A stretch of DNA of 13,048 nt, taken from contig NW_021826319.1 in the NCBI RefSeq assembly GCF_006345805.1, forward strand, positions 1-13,048, given 5' to 3'. The notes below the pieces were generated by a model. The model did no database searches and had not been told where the DNA came from. It worked only from the letters and a program-made list of their open reading frames with translations. Both the position numbers and the translations under genes were made by a program. This DNA is from Octopus sinensis (Eukaryota). Within the stretch, counting starts at the first letter, position 1. The number at the start of each line of letters is the position of its first letter. Below, piece by piece: positions 8,973-13,048 of this stretch.

Positions 8973-9412
8973 TTTACTCTCTTTACTCTTTCACTTGTTT
9001 CAGTCATTTGACTGCGGCCATGCTGGAGCACCGCCTTTAGTCGAGCAAATCGACCCCGGGACTTATTCTTTGTAAGCCTAGTACTTATTCTATCGGTCTC
9101 TTTTGCCGAACCGCTAAGTTACGGGGACATAAACACACCAGCATCAGTTGTCAAGTGATGTTGTGTGTGTGTGTGTGGGGGGCAAACACAGACATACAAA
9201 CACACACACACAACACACACACACACACACATATAAATACACATATATATGACGGGCTTCTTTCAGTTTCCGTCTACCAAATCTACTCACAAGGTTTTGG
9301 TCGGCCCGAGGCTATAGTAGAAGACACTTGCCCAAGGTGCCACGCAGTGGGACTGAACGCGGACACGTGTGGTTGGTAAGCAATCTACTTACCACACAGC
9401 CACTCCTACGCC
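8973..9412 (-). mobile_element. tRNA-derived SINE, family C, full length, CORE-like segment and internal (TG)n
   Basis: Minus head GGCGTAGGAGTGGCTGTGTGGTAAG...GTTCAGTCCC, then CCTTGGGCAAGTG (CORE-SINE-like), internal microsatellite and tail GCTCCAGCATGGCCGCAGTCAAATGACTGAAACAAGTGAAAGAGTAAAGAG. Homologous to 12665-13008. Confidence 0.9.
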
Positions 9413-9789
9413 AATCAACAATGAATACAACAGCTGTGCCAGAAGCAAAGATCATGCTCATTGAATATCAAATTGTAATGATCTCTGTTGCCGTGACAAC
9501 GTTTATGCTGTAACAGAGCCATCGTCAGCAGCACCTAGGAAAATTCTTGGAAGCAGTACGGACTATAGAAAAATTTCGTAGTATTTAAGAATGCAAAATG
9601 CAAAATAACGCAGGTTTGCATAACGATCGACACTATCTGCGATTTGTCTCTTGTACTAAAAAGAAGCTGTAAGAATTTAAGACTCTACAAGTTGGAATAA
9701 GATTTTTTTTATATTGGTTATTGCTTGTTTTATATGACACTTTTCTGTTATACACACGCTGCAGCACTTTCACGTTTGTGGAATGACTT

Positions 9790-10010
9790 AGTTCTGTCTA
9801 GGATAATCAATATAAAATTTCATCCGCACAACATTACTCTGTGTACCTAACTATCACCATCTCCCACACTCTAGCATTATCCCCACCCAGTAAGAGTGGC
9901 CACAATTAATAAAAAACAGAATCAATCATTTAGATAATGAGTTTTATTCCTCTCGATTCGAGTGTAATTAATATTAATTAAATTTTCTTGGCTCATTACT
10001 TTAAGAATGT
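9790..10010 (-). repeat. Second, inverted and internally deleted copy of the 7277-7740 repeat
   Basis: Reverse complement of 9881-9911 matches 7472-7502 at 26/31. Reverse complement of 9815-9835 (AATGTTGTGCGGATGAAATTT) matches 7698-7716 (AATGTTGTGAGGAAAATTT). Boundaries approximate. Confidence 0.55.
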
Positions 10011-10369
10011 TGCCATCATCTTAGTCTATTTGCTATTTTTTTTATGCAGCATTCTTGCCTGGCTATTTCCTCTCTCATTATTTTAAATCATCACACAATT
10101 CAGTGTTCAATCACTGAAATCCTATATTCTCCCCGGTTTTCCTAACGTCTGTCAGGACGTGATAGTCACTATTCTACTGATAAGGTCTCACGTGACTGAC
10201 AAATATTCAGAGTTGTCACCATACGGACCAAATATCAGACACACTTTTCTGCTATTTTACTCTTTTTATATTTTTAAGTAAATCGGATTCACAAAGTATT
10301 GCATTCAGTAGCAATACAAACGATTACTCACACACACGCATAAATAAATAAATTAATGAATAAATACAT

Positions 10370-10630
<261 letters not shown>

Positions 10631-11177
10631 TTTATACTATATTGAGGGTACTACTTTCGTAGATACCAACACGCTAAGAGGGACCAATGCGGTCAAAACT
10701 ACTAAAAATAAACAATTTTACCGAATGCAAAACTTCAAAACACATCATTTTTAAAAAGAATTCAGTTACATATCACATGTGATTTCGCATTTTAATGCAG
10801 ATATCATTTCATGTTCATCAGTGCAACAAACTCAAGAAATATAAGAGAAAAACATAACATTACAAGCTCGATATACATGTACATATATATATATATTATA
10901 TATATATATATACATGCATATATATATTGTATATATACATATATTCATACATATATAAATATATATATATATACATACATATTAATATATATATACATAT
11001 ATATATAAAAGATTAATCAGCCGAAATTGCTAGGATGATCCGGTTCTTGACTGAAGATTGAAGCTTCGAATGTCCCGTCCGTGTTTTTTTTGTATCGTCT
11101 TCTAAATGTGTTACGTTCTTGTCCCGTTTTGTATTTTTTCTACATATAATATATATATATATACATATGTACATATG

Positions 11178-11218
<41 letters not shown>

Positions 11219-11654
11219 CATATATGTTTATACACACACCTTACACACACACACACACGCACACCTCACATATATATATATATATATATATACACGTGCT
11301 TTTCTCGGACAATCTTTTCTTCTTTCCGGACTTGTTCCCTTTTTCTCCTTCCTCGTTCTAACGAAAAGCCACACTCATCACATCACACCCTCTCTCTTCC
11401 CCATCTTAAACCGTCAATCTAATACATTCACAGTTTACGTCCTTTAGAAATGTTGTCGTTTGTCCTGTGTCTGCCTTTGGTTTTATTTTTACCAGCCATC
11501 ACTGTTTTACCTCCTTGTTGTTTGACGCATCGTTTTAAATTTAAGACTTTGTTTTCCTGTTGTTTTCAGAGAATTGTGTGTGGGTCTCAAGAATATATGA
11601 CTAGGAAGTTGAGTGATCATGAAAGATTCTTTATTGGTTAGCATTAGTAGTTAT

Positions 11655-11957
11655 GTGGAGGCACATGGCCTAGTGGTTAGCGCAGCAGAATCACGGTCGA
11701 GGGATCGCGGGTTCGAATCTCAGACCGGGCGATGTGTGTATTTATGAGCGAAACACATAAGCTCCACGCGGCTCCGGCAGAAGGTAATGGCGAACTTCTG
11801 CTGACTGTTTCGTCACAACTTTCTCTCACTCTTTCCTCCTGCATCATGCAGCACATCTGCGACGGACCGGCATCCTGTTCAGGTGGGGAACCTATACGCC
11901 AAGGGAACCGGGAAATCGTCCCTAATGAGCAAGGCGTGGATCGAGAAGAAACAAACA
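11655..11957 (+). mobile_element. tRNA-derived SINE, family B variant, full length with 12-bp TSD
   Basis: Head GTGGAGGCACATGGCCTAGTGGTTAG with canonical A box TGGCCTAGTGG and B box GGTTCGAATC, tail GAAACAAACA. Flanked by ATTAGTAGTTAT (11643-11654) and ATTAGTATTTAT (11958-11969), 11/12 identical. Confidence 0.92.
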
Positions 11958-12042
11958 ATTAGTATTTATATAGAGGTTTAGCTGAGACGGAGCAGATCAA
12001 CGTAGACGTTCCCCCGTTTTACCGGTTACAATATACGACACT

Positions 12043-12292
12043 TATTTCTTTATTGCACACAAGAGGGCAAACATAGAGGGCACAAGAGGGCAAACATGCC
12101 AAACATAGAGGGGACAAACAGAGATAAGTCGATTACATCGATCCCAGTGCGTAACTGGTACTAATTTAAATCGACCCTGAAGGATGAAAGGCAGAGTCAA
12201 CCTCGATGGAATTTGAACTCAGAAACGTAGGGCACACGAAATACCGCTAAGCATTTCGCCCGGAGTGCTAAAGTTTCTGCCAGCTCACCGAC
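12043..12292 (-). mobile_element. SINE family A, tail type 1, with local tandem duplication in the tail
   Basis: Colinear with 91-316. CACAAGAGGGCAAACAT occurs twice and CAAACATAGAGGG twice within about 12058-12113. Confidence 0.9.
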
Positions 12293-12664
12293 TTACCCCA
12301 GCTCGATACAATATACGGCAAAAACGTGTGTGTTGATGCGTGACTTAAGAGAACCTCTACTACCACCACTATTAATATTCTTATTACATTTTCTTTCTTT
12401 CCCTTTTTTTTGCAGAACTCTTTTGTCTGAAGTCGTCGAAACGTCACGTTCAAGTGATGGCTGCTTCCTTTCGTTTTAATAATTGATTTTACATTAGTGG
12501 AAGTTTCAATGCGAGAAACGGGAGTTAAACCTTAACATCAACTTTCAGCAGTGTATTATTAATTATATTGTACAAATTGCTTGAGAGTTGTATTTATATA
12601 TATATTATATATTGGATATATATAAATATATATTTATAGCGATGTATAGATATAATTTATCTCC

Positions 12665-13008
12665 GTGGCTGTGTGCTAAGTAGCTTGCATACCAACCACA
12701 AGGCAAAGTGCCAGCGTCTTCTACTATAGCCTCTGGCCTACCAAAGCCTTGTGAGTGGATTTGGTAGATGAAAACTGAAAGAAGCCCCTCGTATATATGT
12801 ATATGTATATATATGCATATATATATGCATATATGTATATATATGTGTTTACGTCCCTGTAACTTAGCAGTTCGGCAAAAAAAGCCGATAGAGTAAGTAC
12901 TAGGCTTACAAAGAATAAGCCCTGGGGTCGATTTGCTCGACTAAAGGCGGTGCTTCAGCATGGCCGCTGTGAAATGACTGAACAAGTAAAAGAGAGTTAA
13001 AGAGAGTA
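12665..13008 (+). mobile_element. SINE family C, B box deleted
   Basis: GTGGCTGTGTGCTAAGTAGCTTGC head, lacks the GTTCAGTCCC...CCTTGG segment present in 8973-9412, same body, and tail CAGCATGGCCGCTGTGAAATGACTGAACAAGTAAAAGAGAG. Confidence 0.9.
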
Positions 13009-13048
13009 TACATCTATCTATTTTATCTATCTATCTATCTATCTATCT

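Noticed and set aside
11655-11730. tRNA gene
   Set aside because: The A and B boxes belong to a SINE head that continues into the SINE body and is bounded by a TSD.
12424-12450. CTGAAGTCGTCGAAACGTC as a third hammerhead
   Set aside because: The core lacks A9, stem II is absent, and stem I is only 2-3 bp.
12388-12479. Plus-strand acceptor TTTTTTTTGCAG at 12415 followed by TLLSEVVETSRSSDGCFLSF*
   Set aside because: Good pyrimidine tract, but only 20 codons and no supporting partner exon. Such tracts are common in this composition.

Overview
Eukaryotic, AT-rich, repeat-dense DNA that is intronic or intergenic, not prokaryotic. The SINE families and extreme microsatellite load suggest a coleoid cephalopod, probably Octopus (recognised from memory, not a database result). 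No complete gene is supportable, and most ORF-track entries are translated microsatellites or repeats. Contents: nine units of three tRNA-derived SINE families (here A, B, C; both B copies have clear target-site duplications), a decayed mariner transposase 3' end with its terminal repeat, a probable hAT MITE fragment, a LINE-like 3' end sharing its tail with SINE family A, an unclassified repeat present as two inverted copies, a GC/CpG-rich island with a 14-bp minisatellite (possible solo LTR), two degenerate minimal hammerhead-ribozyme-like motifs, and one candidate minus-strand exon (614-464) between inverted SINEs. I see no clearly novel multi-gene system. The best leads are retroelement biology and possible dsRNA/editing architecture.
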